A DNA stretch of 42,447 nucleotides from a virus. Location of the stretch: IMG/VR virus record IMGVR_UViG_3300045988_116402; one strand, given 5' to 3'. Position numbers and translations under genes: made by a program. Below, one piece after another: positions 25,047 through 33,088 of the stretch. The stretch's first letter is position 1. Each line of letters begins with the position of its first letter. Under the pieces are notes generated by a model that was not told the origin of the DNA, ran no database searches, and saw only the letters and a list, made by a program, of their open reading frames with translations.

Positions 25047-25682
25047 TCACTCCATCGGTTCAATGCAAATTTCTTTAAAATACGGCAATTTTTCGACTTC
25101 TTCACAAAATGTATGCCATTCATCGAGTTTATGGGTTCTTCGGGCAAAATACATATTTTTTAAGACCTGATAATTTAACTGGATTGTTCTTTTTTGATTA
25201 TAGCTTGACGGTAAAAGCTGTATCATCTGCCACCACCAATCTTTGCACCCACTGTCTAAAAAACAAAGTCTGGCCTCATTTAGACAATCTATGATTTGTT
25301 CAGCACATTTATCAAAAACATCAGTTGATATTTTATTACCAATATGGTCAAAGCTAAAATCATCAAGCGTAAATTCCTTTGCGTGTATTTTGTGCATTGT
25401 GCTGCATGAGTTGGCAACAGTGCCAACCTTATACGTATCGTATTCTTTCCACCAATAAAGTGGTGCTGTAATATCCATCGTAACTACAATCATTCTTAAG
25501 AATTTTGCGTCGTCATCTCCTGCCGCTGACAACTGCTGCATAAGTTTTAAATCGTTATTACCTAAACACCACTTGTCACCATCAAAAATCGTGTCAGATT
25601 TATCCCAACTGTTCATTGAGTTTCTCATACCTCTAATAGCTGGTCCCCAGCCATAAACATCAATATCCTCTATTTTAATCAT
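25047..25682 (-). CDS. ThyX-fold protein lacking the RHR-x7-S signature
   Basis: Start moved to the ATG after the AAGGAGGA RBS (ATGA overlap with the upstream stop). AGDDDAKFLRMIVVTMDITAPLYWWKEYDTYKVGTVANSCSTMH aligns by eye to ThyX HGHxxPFEHxxFTFxIxxxxxxxxQxxRHRxxSxxxxSxRY, but RHR is replaced by TYK. Confidence 0.5.
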   Translation of the reverse strand: MIKIEDIDVYGWGPAIRGMRNSMNSWDKSDTIFDGDKWCLGNNDLKLMQQLSAAGDDDAKFLRMIVVTMDITAPLYWWKEYDTYKVGTVANSCSTMHKIHAKEFTLDDFSFDHIGNKISTDVFDKCAEQIIDCLNEARLCFLDSGCKDWWWQMIQLLPSSYNQKRTIQLNYQVLKNMYFARRTHKLDEWHTFCEEVEKLPYFKEICIEPME

Positions 25683-26374
25683 TCTTCGTCCTCCTTGTAC
25701 AATTTGATATATTTCCATGGCATCGTAGAGCGATTTGCCCAGCTGGTAGCACCATCAGCCCAAGCTAAACGCTCATTAGTACATTTATCAATACCGGCAA
25801 AATATCTCCTATACCAATCTATCTCATTGTCGCTCACAAGAACCTTTGTATCAATCGGAACTTTAGACCAATCAACTTCTTCTTTTTCAGGTTCTACATA
25901 TTCAGAATCTAACCAATTTTGTATACTTTCACGAGGACAGTTACCGTATTCATCTATACTCAAACCACAGTTTTTTTCACATATTAAATCATCACAACGG
26001 GTAATTTTATGATTTTCTTTACTTAACCCAACATTACCAATAACAAATAAAGCTTTAAGTATTTCGTCTTTATATTTCTCATAATTAGTCATTTTCTCTT
26101 CCTCCCAATCAATCCTCTGTCCGCACTCATCACAATAATACAGGCATCTGCGTTTATTACCTTCTTGAAGCACCAAACCACAAGAACAGGCTTTACACCC
26201 ATCTAATGTTGTTCTCGGTTTCTTCGGTATCTGTTTTTCGACTGCCTTTATCGCTATCCTCAACGCCTCTATGTCTTTTTCCCAAATATCGCCTTCGTCC
26301 TGGTGGAATAATTGGCTGTTAATAATAAGGCTTGCTAACTGCTTTATTGCTTCTCTTGCTTCGGCTGATGTCAT
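25679..26374 (-). CDS. Cys-rich hypothetical protein (putative zinc ribbon)
   Basis: 231 aa. Contains CKACSC...CLYYCDECGQ. Confidence 0.5.
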   Translation of the reverse strand: MTSAEAREAIKQLASLIINSQLFHQDEGDIWEKDIEALRIAIKAVEKQIPKKPRTTLDGCKACSCGLVLQEGNKRRCLYYCDECGQRIDWEEEKMTNYEKYKDEILKALFVIGNVGLSKENHKITRCDDLICEKNCGLSIDEYGNCPRESIQNWLDSEYVEPEKEEVDWSKVPIDTKVLVSDNEIDWYRRYFAGIDKCTNERLAWADGATSWANRSTMPWKYIKLYKEDEE

Positions 26375-26641
26375 TTACTTTAATCCCTCCGTTGCTTTCG
26401 CCAACTCTTCTGCTATCTGTTTAAAGGCTGTTACAGCTTCATACAGCTCTATATTTTCTTTAGCTGTTAATTCCCTACACTTTATTTTTCTTACTGCTTC
26501 AACGCAATTAGCGATATTAGAATAATATCCAAGTGGTTTATAGATGGTATTTCCTTTCTTGTCTACGCTGTTTGTTTTTTTAAGTAGTGTAAAATCATAA
26601 TTTCCGCCATCAACATAAAATTTATCTATTATGTGTATCAT
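26375..26641 (-). CDS. Hypothetical protein
   Basis: 88-aa ORF abutting neighbouring genes. Confidence 0.5.
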   Translation of the reverse strand: MIHIIDKFYVDGGNYDFTLLKKTNSVDKKGNTIYKPLGYYSNIANCVEAVRKIKCRELTAKENIELYEAVTAFKQIAEELAKATEGLK

Positions 26642-26667
26642 TCATTTTCCTCCATCCTTAGAGAGTT

Positions 26668-27663
26668 TTACTCAACCTCAATTCCTGTAATAGCCATGAA
26701 TATTTCTGCATTAAATTCAGGCAAGCTCTTGAAATACTCAATCAGTTTTTCCGGCATATCTTTATATGCCGCCTTATCATCTACGCCCTCAATTCTCGAT
26801 GCAGGAACACATTCCCATTTCTTTTCTTTCTTGTAGTAATCAAAAGCATTTGTAAATTTCGGATACCACCCATCCGCACATTCTCTTATATTTTCTTCAA
26901 CTTCATCGAATCGTTCCTTATCAATATTTAAGTTAAACAATTTATATCTGCCAGTCTCGTTAATGCACATAATAGAATATGCAAGACCTTCGCATTTTTT
27001 GATGTAATAGCAATTAAATATGCCGTCGCTGTTGCGTATGCCGTAGCTGTTGCTTATGCCGTAGCCGTTGCTTATGCCGTAGCCGTTGCTTATGCCGTCG
27101 CTGTTGCTTATGCCGTAGCCGTTGCTTATGCCGGAGCTGTTGCGTATGCCGTAGCCGTTGCTTATGCCGTAGCTGTTGCTTATGCCGGAGCTGTAGCGTA
27201 TGCCGTAGCCGTTGCTTATGCCGAAGCTGTTGCTTATGCCGGAGCTGTAGCGTATGCCGTAGCCGTTGCGTATGCCGTAGCTGTTGATATTTGTAGTATA
27301 ACTCTTAATTTCCTCCACAAATTCTTCAAAACTTAAAACTTTTACTATTTCGAGTATTTCAACAGCAACTTTGCTATCTTTATCATCCCTCGAAACAGCC
27401 CCATATCCTTTGACTTTTGCAAATTTATTCCATTGCACAAAGGGGTAATAACTAAAACAATCTAACGGATTTTCACAAAAATGTAAGCCGTTGTGGCACT
27501 TGTCCGGAAATCCCTCTTGTCTATGTACAACACCTTCCACATTGCCGTCTTTATTGGCATAGCAATAGTTATCTCCGTAATTTGCTGTCCAATCATAATT
27601 AAAAATCTTGTAACCCTCTGCAACAACCTGTAATCCGTTTAATACACTTCTATCCACTATCAT
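26668..27663 (-). CDS. Two-domain protein: conserved N-terminal phage domain (GLHFCENPLDCFSYYP motif, DUF7666-like), 15 hexapeptide repeats, and a C-terminal domain
   Basis: Start moved to the ATG after the ACAGGAGGAAG RBS (Met18 of the track ORF). The repeats read (S/R/I)(N/Y)(G/S)(Y/S/F/D)GI x15. Confidence 0.65.
   Translation of the reverse strand: MIVDRSVLNGLQVVAEGYKIFNYDWTANYGDNYCYANKDGNVEGVVHRQEGFPDKCHNGLHFCENPLDCFSYYPFVQWNKFAKVKGYGAVSRDDKDSKVAVEILEIVKVLSFEEFVEEIKSYTTNINSYGIRNGYGIRYSSGISNSFGISNGYGIRYSSGISNSYGISNGYGIRNSSGISNGYGISNSDGISNGYGISNGYGISNSYGIRNSDGIFNCYYIKKCEGLAYSIMCINETGRYKLFNLNIDKERFDEVEENIRECADGWYPKFTNAFDYYKKEKKWECVPASRIEGVDDKAAYKDMPEKLIEYFKSLPEFNAEIFMAITGIEVE
27019..27288. 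repeat. 15 tandem copies of an 18-bp unit (tatgccgtagccgttgct consensus), in frame within CDS 26668..27663
   Basis: Counted directly: 15 units x 18 bp, with variation confined to a few positions per unit. Confidence 0.95.
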
Positions 27664-27679
27664 TCTATTCTTCCTCCTG

Positions 27680-28099
27680 TCAGAACGGCAAATCATCGTC
27701 TTTAACGTCATCATCTATCGGATAAAAACCTTCCCCGATGCCGTCATTCTCACGTTTCCGGCCATTTTCCGCATTGCTTTTCTTGCTTTCGGCAAAGTAC
27801 TGTTCCTCTGCGACAACCTCAATCGTAGTCCTCTTGTTTCCGTAGTTGTCGTCCCAATTCCGGACCTGCAAACGTCCTACAACCGAAATCATCTGACCTT
27901 TTGTTAAATACTTTTCTGCAAACTCGCCCTGCTTACCGAAGGCAACGCACGGAATAAAATCCGCATCCGGTTCACCCTGACGTTTAAATCGTCTATTGAC
28001 CGCAAGTGAATATCTGGCAATCGCCAAAGGTTCTGCCCCCTGCGAGTATCTGACCTCCGGGTCTTTTGTTAGCCGGCCCATTAAAATCGATTTATTCAT
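27680..28099 (-). CDS. ssb: Single-stranded DNA-binding protein
   Basis: MNKSILMGRLTKDPEVRYS...OB-fold pattern and the acidic C-terminal tip DDDLPF. Confidence 0.9.
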   Translation of the reverse strand: MNKSILMGRLTKDPEVRYSQGAEPLAIARYSLAVNRRFKRQGEPDADFIPCVAFGKQGEFAEKYLTKGQMISVVGRLQVRNWDDNYGNKRTTIEVVAEEQYFAESKKSNAENGRKRENDGIGEGFYPIDDDVKDDDLPF

Positions 28100-28160
28100 A
28101 CTGTCACTCCCATCATTTTTCTTATGTGATTATCGTTTATTAGTTGTTCCTGTTCCGCTG

Positions 28161-28877
28161 TCATACAACCACTTTCAGCCTATAATTTCGATCTCTGACC
28201 TTAGCTATGTTTAAAACAAACTTGCCGCACATTTGTTTTATCCGGCTGCCGATTGCTTCGTCAATAGCCATAACCTCGTTAAGCATTAACTCACTCGATA
28301 TAATTGTGGTTTTTTGTGAGGTATAACGTGAATTTATCAGTCTGAAAAAGTGTTTTATATCTGCCTCAGATGTTCCGCCTTTAAACATATCGTCAATGTA
28401 AAGGATTTTTACTTGACAAAGCCTATTTATAAGCCTGTTATAATCCTCCGCATCGTTGACCAATGCTTTAAGCTCTCTTATCATTTCACCATATATGACA
28501 TATCTAAAAGGCTTGCCTTGCTTATAAAATTCATTGCATATTGCAGTACATAGGTGCGTTTTTCCGCAGCCAACCTGACCGCCGATGTAAAAGCCTTTTA
28601 CTTCGGCCTGCTGGCTGAATTGATACGCTGTGCTTTTTGCCCTTTGCTGAAAGTCCTCAACTGCTTCATATCGGTCAAAGCTCATTCGCTCAAGCATTTT
28701 ATCATCAAGTCCCGAACGCCTTAAATCCGCCTTTAAATCGGCTTGAATTTTGCATTTGCAAGGCTTTGCATATTCATAACCGTTTATTGTTTCAAGTACA
28801 AAGCCCTTATCCTTGCAGACCTCGCAGTTATAATGTGTCACCGCAGACACCTTCAAATTCGGTATTGTAAACTGCAT
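28161..28877 (-). CDS. DnaC/IstB-like AAA+ helicase loader with an N-terminal Cys cluster
   Basis: Walker A GGQVGCGKTH, Walker B ILYIDDM, and N-terminal CEVCKDKG...CKC. Confidence 0.75.
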   Translation of the reverse strand: MQFTIPNLKVSAVTHYNCEVCKDKGFVLETINGYEYAKPCKCKIQADLKADLRRSGLDDKMLERMSFDRYEAVEDFQQRAKSTAYQFSQQAEVKGFYIGGQVGCGKTHLCTAICNEFYKQGKPFRYVIYGEMIRELKALVNDAEDYNRLINRLCQVKILYIDDMFKGGTSEADIKHFFRLINSRYTSQKTTIISSELMLNEVMAIDEAIGSRIKQMCGKFVLNIAKVRDRNYRLKVVV

Positions 28878-29523
28878 TTCGCCTTCCCCCTTTATCCTGC
28901 TCTTTTGCCAACCATCCGTTTATAAACCGATTAATACCCTTTCGTGTTTTTCGTCGGCTTTCATTGGCGTTCAACCACCCCCTCATGGCTTTTAACTGCT
29001 GTATCACGTCGACAGCAGGGTACAGTTCCGCCCATTCTTGAACTGCTCCGTCATATATGGGATATTGGCTCTTATCGTTCAACGGTAATGTTATTATCGG
29101 CGGCTCGGAAGCTTGCTCCGAGCAGATGTCTTTATAATCATTAACATTATCATTATCATTTACATTATCATTATCATTTACATTAACATTATCATTAGGT
29201 TCTGTATTTTTCGTGTTTGGTTCGTGTTTGGTTCGTGTTTGGTTCGTGTTTGGTTCGTGTTCGGTTGCGTTTTGGTTTGTGTTTGGTTCGTCTCGGAACG
29301 CTGTTTTACCACCTTTTTTACCATTTGCATACCTTTGGTTATTCTTATCGATTTGTGGTTTAGCCATTAAAAAGATAGATTTTGCAATTCCACTTGTTTC
29401 TGGCACTTTGCCTTCGAAGCCGTATTCCATTAAAGCGGTCATACAGTTTTTAAAATCTTCCGGCGGCAGTTCTTTTATTGCATCAAAAAAACTTTTGTAG
29501 AATACTATGCTGTCCCTTTCCAT
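28828..29523 (-). CDS. Replisome organiser / DnaD-like replication initiator, with low-complexity repeats encoded by internal iterons
   Basis: N-terminus FYKSFFDAIKELPPEDFKNCMTALMEYGF and C-terminus RKTRKGINRFINGWLAKEQDKGG are typical of Firmicutes phage replisome organisers. It lies upstream of the loader gene. Confidence 0.55.
   Translation of the reverse strand: MERDSIVFYKSFFDAIKELPPEDFKNCMTALMEYGFEGKVPETSGIAKSIFLMAKPQIDKNNQRYANGKKGGKTAFRDEPNTNQNATEHEPNTNQTRTKHEPNTKNTEPNDNVNVNDNDNVNDNDNVNDYKDICSEQASEPPIITLPLNDKSQYPIYDGAVQEWAELYPAVDVIQQLKAMRGWLNANESRRKTRKGINRFINGWLAKEQDKGGRRNAVYNTEFEGVCGDTL
29137..29297. repeat. Putative origin of replication: AT-rich 18-bp repeats followed by 7-8 tandem 11-bp iterons (ttcgtgtttgg)
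   Basis: Four perfect 11-mers at 29210-29253, then degenerate copies to 29297. Just upstream, acattatcattatcattt-type repeats at about 29137-29200. Confidence 0.55.
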
Positions 29524-29934
29524 TTACTCCACCTCTTTTATCCATACTTCTGTCTTACCAACTACCGCCCAACGCTTTACTACGCTAAGAGTTCCAATCT
29601 GTTTATCATCCTTGTAAGCTACTCCGTTTAACCCGTCCAATACTGCCTTTACAAGATTATCAATATCAGGTTTATTGGTATGAAGCCGTCCTTTATATTC
29701 CTCTGTTTTTCGCTTAGTCCAACTTTTCCCCATTGGCATATAAAATACTATGTACACTTCTAAAGGTTGCTCTGACGGCTGAATAGCACCGTATTTTGAC
29801 ACCCAACACGATTTGACGTATTCCTCATATTCCTGTGTCTTTTTCGGTGTGTATGTGCCGTATCTGCTTAACCTCGGTCTGCCCTTCGCCACTGGTGTTC
29901 CGTCTATCGTTAATTGCTTCATGTTTGACCTCAT
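29524..29934 (-). CDS. rusA: RusA-family Holliday junction resolvase
   Basis: GTPVAKGRPR...PDIDNLVKAVLDGLNGVAYKDDKQI is the RusA signature region. Confidence 0.8.
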   Translation of the reverse strand: MRSNMKQLTIDGTPVAKGRPRLSRYGTYTPKKTQEYEEYVKSCWVSKYGAIQPSEQPLEVYIVFYMPMGKSWTKRKTEEYKGRLHTNKPDIDNLVKAVLDGLNGVAYKDDKQIGTLSVVKRWAVVGKTEVWIKEVE

Positions 29935-30233
29935 AAATAGTTTTTGCCTATAAGCTGTATAAACTCTTGTCTTGTATGTCCTGCTTCTTCATAAGCTGTT
30001 TGGCAAGCCTGTTTCAGCTCCATATCTAACTCATGACCATTCTTTCCATGTACTCCGTTTGTACCTCTATGATATTCGGGTATCAACCAAACCCAAAAGC
30101 CGTATTTATCGGAAATAGCACGCCCCTTAACACCATAGTAACAATGGTGCTTTTCTAAGTTGTCGGTTCTGCCGGTTATGTAACATTCTTTTTCTATGCC
30201 CTGCAAAACAGATACTTTATGACTTCCTTTCAC
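29931..30233 (-). CDS. Conserved phage protein with a Cys/His motif (possible NinG/HNH-like)
   Basis: 100 aa. CYITG...EKHHCYYG...EYHRGTNGVHG. The assignment is tentative. Confidence 0.35.
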   Translation of the reverse strand: MKGSHKVSVLQGIEKECYITGRTDNLEKHHCYYGVKGRAISDKYGFWVWLIPEYHRGTNGVHGKNGHELDMELKQACQTAYEEAGHTRQEFIQLIGKNYL

Positions 30234-30789
30234 TGTCCCACGCCCTTTTCATTTCTTCTAACTCTGCCGGCTTCAATGTTTCTATGCCTTGTTCTTTACA
30301 ATCGTTTACAACAGCATCTATCAGCCTTGACATTTGTTTTGTATTGTAACAGCTACTTCCGTAATAAAAGTTGACTAATACAAATCCTTTATGCTGTCCA
30401 TGGTCTAATCTGTCCGCTATCCAGCCTAAACCATGTGACTTCCACATATATATCATTGTATCGACCGCTTTTTCGTCAATCTCGACCGTTCGATAGATAC
30501 CGAGGTCTTTTATGTACTCCCAGTAGATTTCTTCTTTCTTTCGGTTCAGCTTCAACGCAAGCTCTCCAACCAATGTCCAGAAGTAGCTGTTGGCATTAAG
30601 GCTTCTTTTTTTGCGGTATTTGCTTATCTTTATTGTAAGTGCTTCTCCCGCTTGCTCCAAAGCCGCCTTAATGGAGTTTCTATTTTGTATGGATAATCTA
30701 TCAACGACAAAAGAAACTTCGGTCTTGCCGCTCTCAAGCGTCTTAAACTGTATTCTGTTTTCGGCTTTAAGAGTAGCAAGACCGTCCAT
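30217..30789 (-). CDS. NinB/Orf-family recombination mediator
   Basis: KKRSLNANSYFWTLVGELA and GSSCYNTKQMSRLIDAVVNDCKEQGIE resemble lambda NinB ERNRSLDQNRKLWACLGDVS and GQSTSRMRVGEFAELLELIQAFGTERGV (recalled from memory). Confidence 0.55.
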   Translation of the reverse strand: MDGLATLKAENRIQFKTLESGKTEVSFVVDRLSIQNRNSIKAALEQAGEALTIKISKYRKKRSLNANSYFWTLVGELALKLNRKKEEIYWEYIKDLGIYRTVEIDEKAVDTMIYMWKSHGLGWIADRLDHGQHKGFVLVNFYYGSSCYNTKQMSRLIDAVVNDCKEQGIETLKPAELEEMKRAWDSERKS

Positions 30790-30792
30790 TTT

Positions 30793-31443
30793 TTATGCCT
30801 CCTGCATTTTTAATTGCATTTCGATTTTGTTTATTGTTTCCTGTGCTTTCGTTTTCGGTAAATATATAAGGTTTTTTACATTATTATTTTTTAAGTAAAG
30901 CGAAAGCTTGTCCGGCTTACCGGAATAATATTTATTGAGCTTTGCTATCTGTTCTTCTGTCGCATACTCAATTTTAGGCTTGCTTTCTTTCGGCTTTTCC
31001 GCCTGATTGTCATAGGCATTATACTTTGTTCTGTCCTTTTCGTAGTAGACATCCGCAGCCATTCCCAGTGCCTTACAAGCTACCGAGAGTGCATCAGTAT
31101 AAGCCATTTTGAACGCTTCATCTGACGTGTCAGGACTGCCTTTAAAGATATTTACAAACATTGAACCGCCAATTCCGACAATAGGCTTGCTCCATTCCTC
31201 GCCCTGTTTTACATATAGATTAATTTCTACGAAAGCAGCTTCTTTTCCGTCTTTTCCTTTTTCTATCCATTTGTTTGATATTTCAGTGTACCAACCGAAG
31301 CCGCAAACTCCAAATTCTTCGGTGAGCTTCTTAATTCGCCACATCGGATTAATATCCGTAAAGCCTGCAAGCTTTCCTGCACCGATAATCTTTTTTGCAG
31401 TCTCGGGCACTTCCTTAACTCTGTTGTATAAATCTAAATTCAT
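30793..31443 (-). CDS. Rad52/Sak-like single-strand annealing protein
   Basis: Start at the ATGA overlap with the upstream stop. LTEEFGVCGFGW and SDEAFKMAYTDALSVACKALGMAADVYY match Rad52-type SSAP motifs. Confidence 0.55.
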   Translation of the reverse strand: MNLDLYNRVKEVPETAKKIIGAGKLAGFTDINPMWRIKKLTEEFGVCGFGWYTEISNKWIEKGKDGKEAAFVEINLYVKQGEEWSKPIVGIGGSMFVNIFKGSPDTSDEAFKMAYTDALSVACKALGMAADVYYEKDRTKYNAYDNQAEKPKESKPKIEYATEEQIAKLNKYYSGKPDKLSLYLKNNNVKNLIYLPKTKAQETINKIEMQLKMQEA

Positions 31444-32216
31444 AACTTTTCTTCCTTCCATTCAAGACCTAAAGTGCGGATAAATAACCTTACTTTTTTC
31501 GCTATGCTTTCCGGTACATCTACTGTAAATCTTATGCTATTTTCGTTAAGTCTGTCCAAAATATCATCAAGCGTCATTTTTTCTTCTGGTTCTACATCAG
31601 CACTTTCCTTTACTCCCCTTAAAGCCTTTCTTCGCTCGGTAACAAGTGCTATTGTTTCAGGTAAATTCAAAGTCTTTTTGTATTCATACAAAAATTCTTC
31701 GGGGTTATCTTGTAAGTTTATAGCATTAAGTGCTACAACCACATCATCAACAAAATTTTTAGCCTGTTCCTTGAGTTTTTTCTCTGTTGCCGTTAAAGTT
31801 ATGTTTATATTAGCTCTATCATATTCAAGCCAGTCAACTTTCCCTGCCTTGTATTCATCAAAAAACCTTCTTACTTCTGATTCTTTCTGGGATTTTAATT
31901 CATCTTCTACAGATGCAATTCTATTTTTAAGTGTTTCATCAGCTTTTTTAAACTTATCCGATACACATTCCTTATAAACTTTTTCAAAGTTGTTATACGG
32001 GTCTAAAACAGCTTTTTTTACCGCTTTTCTTTCCGTTTCAAGCGAACCGAAAAGCTTGTTTAGTTCGCTTCTTTCTGCTTTGACTGTTTTAACGGTTTCT
32101 TCTGTACAAACAAGACTTAATGCAAGTTGTACCCTTTCGTCAATATAAGAAGAAACACTTTTAAGATTTTCTTCTATGGCAGGTATCTGTGTAACTTTTA
32201 TGATCGTGTCCATCAA
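31440..32216 (-). CDS. DUF1351-like protein (commonly paired with phage SSAPs)
   Basis: 258 aa. N-terminus IPAIEENLKSVSSYIDERV...KAERSELNKL...ERKAVKKAVLDPYNNFE fits the DUF1351 pattern. Confidence 0.45.
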   Translation of the reverse strand: MMDTIIKVTQIPAIEENLKSVSSYIDERVQLALSLVCTEETVKTVKAERSELNKLFGSLETERKAVKKAVLDPYNNFEKVYKECVSDKFKKADETLKNRIASVEDELKSQKESEVRRFFDEYKAGKVDWLEYDRANINITLTATEKKLKEQAKNFVDDVVVALNAINLQDNPEEFLYEYKKTLNLPETIALVTERRKALRGVKESADVEPEEKMTLDDILDRLNENSIRFTVDVPESIAKKVRLFIRTLGLEWKEEKL

Positions 32217-32401
32217 AACTCCTCCTCCGGTACTGTCGTTGCCAATAACGCATTGTATTTATCTTCAAGCATTTTGTATTCCCCCTCAAGCTTTAACATT
32301 TCATCTTTTATTTCGTAGTAACTGTCGCGCCACATGTCTGCTTCAGTGCTCATGCTTGAAAGCTCATCTATCAAGGTTTTTTCGAGTTTTGTTAATCCCA
32401 T
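32213..32401 (-). CDS. Small coiled-coil protein
   Basis: 62-aa ORF with an AAAGGAGGAA RBS. Confidence 0.5.
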   Translation of the reverse strand: MGLTKLEKTLIDELSSMSTEADMWRDSYYEIKDEMLKLEGEYKMLEDKYNALLATTVPEEEF

Positions 32402-32620
32402 TATAATTCCTCCTTTAACTCCGCAAATAATTGTGCTATACTATAAGTGCGTTTTTGTGTCTGCCGCTCACTGGGATTGCCGTCCCGGAGCGGCTTTTCT
32501 TCTTTCATACTCTTGTTCCGACCGACGCATAAATTCGTCTTTGTGTTCTTCGTAGTACTTCTTTTTGTATTCCTTAATCCTTTCTTTGTTTTTGATTGCG
32601 TATTGACGTTTATACTCTTT

Positions 32621-32803
32621 CTACTTTTCTGTATACGGTCTTGCTTTCGTTTTTCCTTTAGGTTCTTTTGCTTTAAGCTCTTTATCTGTAGGACAACCTG
32701 CGTTCCTTAACATAAGACCTTCTTTTGCTGTCTGTGAACCATCGTATTTACAATCATCAAATATACAGTTGAAGCAGTCCATATCACAAATTTTCTTAGG
32801 CAT
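32621..32803 (-). CDS. Small Cys-rich protein ending at an in-frame TAG that is followed by a 50-codon open extension
   Basis: 60-aa track ORF (CDMDCFNCIFDDCKYDG). See the finding on 32468-32803. Confidence 0.55.
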   Translation of the reverse strand: MPKKICDMDCFNCIFDDCKYDGSQTAKEGLMLRNAGCPTDKELKAKEPKGKTKARPYTEK

Positions 32804-32813
32804 TTTGATAACC

Positions 32814-32927
32814 TCAATCCGTTTTTTTAAACTGTGTACACGCTACCCCTCGCCCTCTTTCGTAACAAAGTACTGCATAATAGCACTTTTTACAGTCGTT
32901 TGATAGTTTCTTTTTCTTCTTTTTCAT
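32814..32927 (-). CDS. Small basic Cys-containing peptide (37 aa)
   Basis: Manual translation MKKKKKKLSNDCKKCYYAVLCYERGRGVACTQFKKTD. ATGA-coupled to the upstream small ORF. Confidence 0.3.
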   Translation of the reverse strand: MKKKKKKLSNDCKKCYYAVLCYERGRGVACTQFKKTD

Positions 32928-33088
32928 TTTCTTCGCTTTAACACTCCCTCGTAGCTCCCTAAACTGGCAGCTCCCCATAAAAACTCGTCTAATATTTGCT
33001 CGTGTTTTTTCTTTTTCTTAATTTCGATTTTCTTCAACTCCTTGATTAGTTCTTTTTCTTCCGGTGTTATGTCCCGAAGCTTGTCCAT
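32924..33088 (-). CDS. Small protein (54 aa)
   Basis: Manual translation MDKLRDITPEEKELIKELKKIEIKKKKKHEQILDEFLWGAASLGSYEGVLKRRK. TGATG-coupled to the upstream gene. Confidence 0.35.
   Translation of the reverse strand: MDKLRDITPEEKELIKELKKIEIKKKKKHEQILDEFLWGAASLGSYEGVLKRRK

Noticed and set aside
27019-27288. Possible CRISPR array (regular short repeats)
   Set aside because: The units are contiguous 18-mers with no spacers and are in frame inside a CDS. This is a coding tandem repeat, not a CRISPR.
29137-29297. Possible CRISPR or minisatellite
   Set aside because: These are 11-bp head-to-tail iterons without spacers inside the replisome-organiser gene. They are better explained as an origin of replication.
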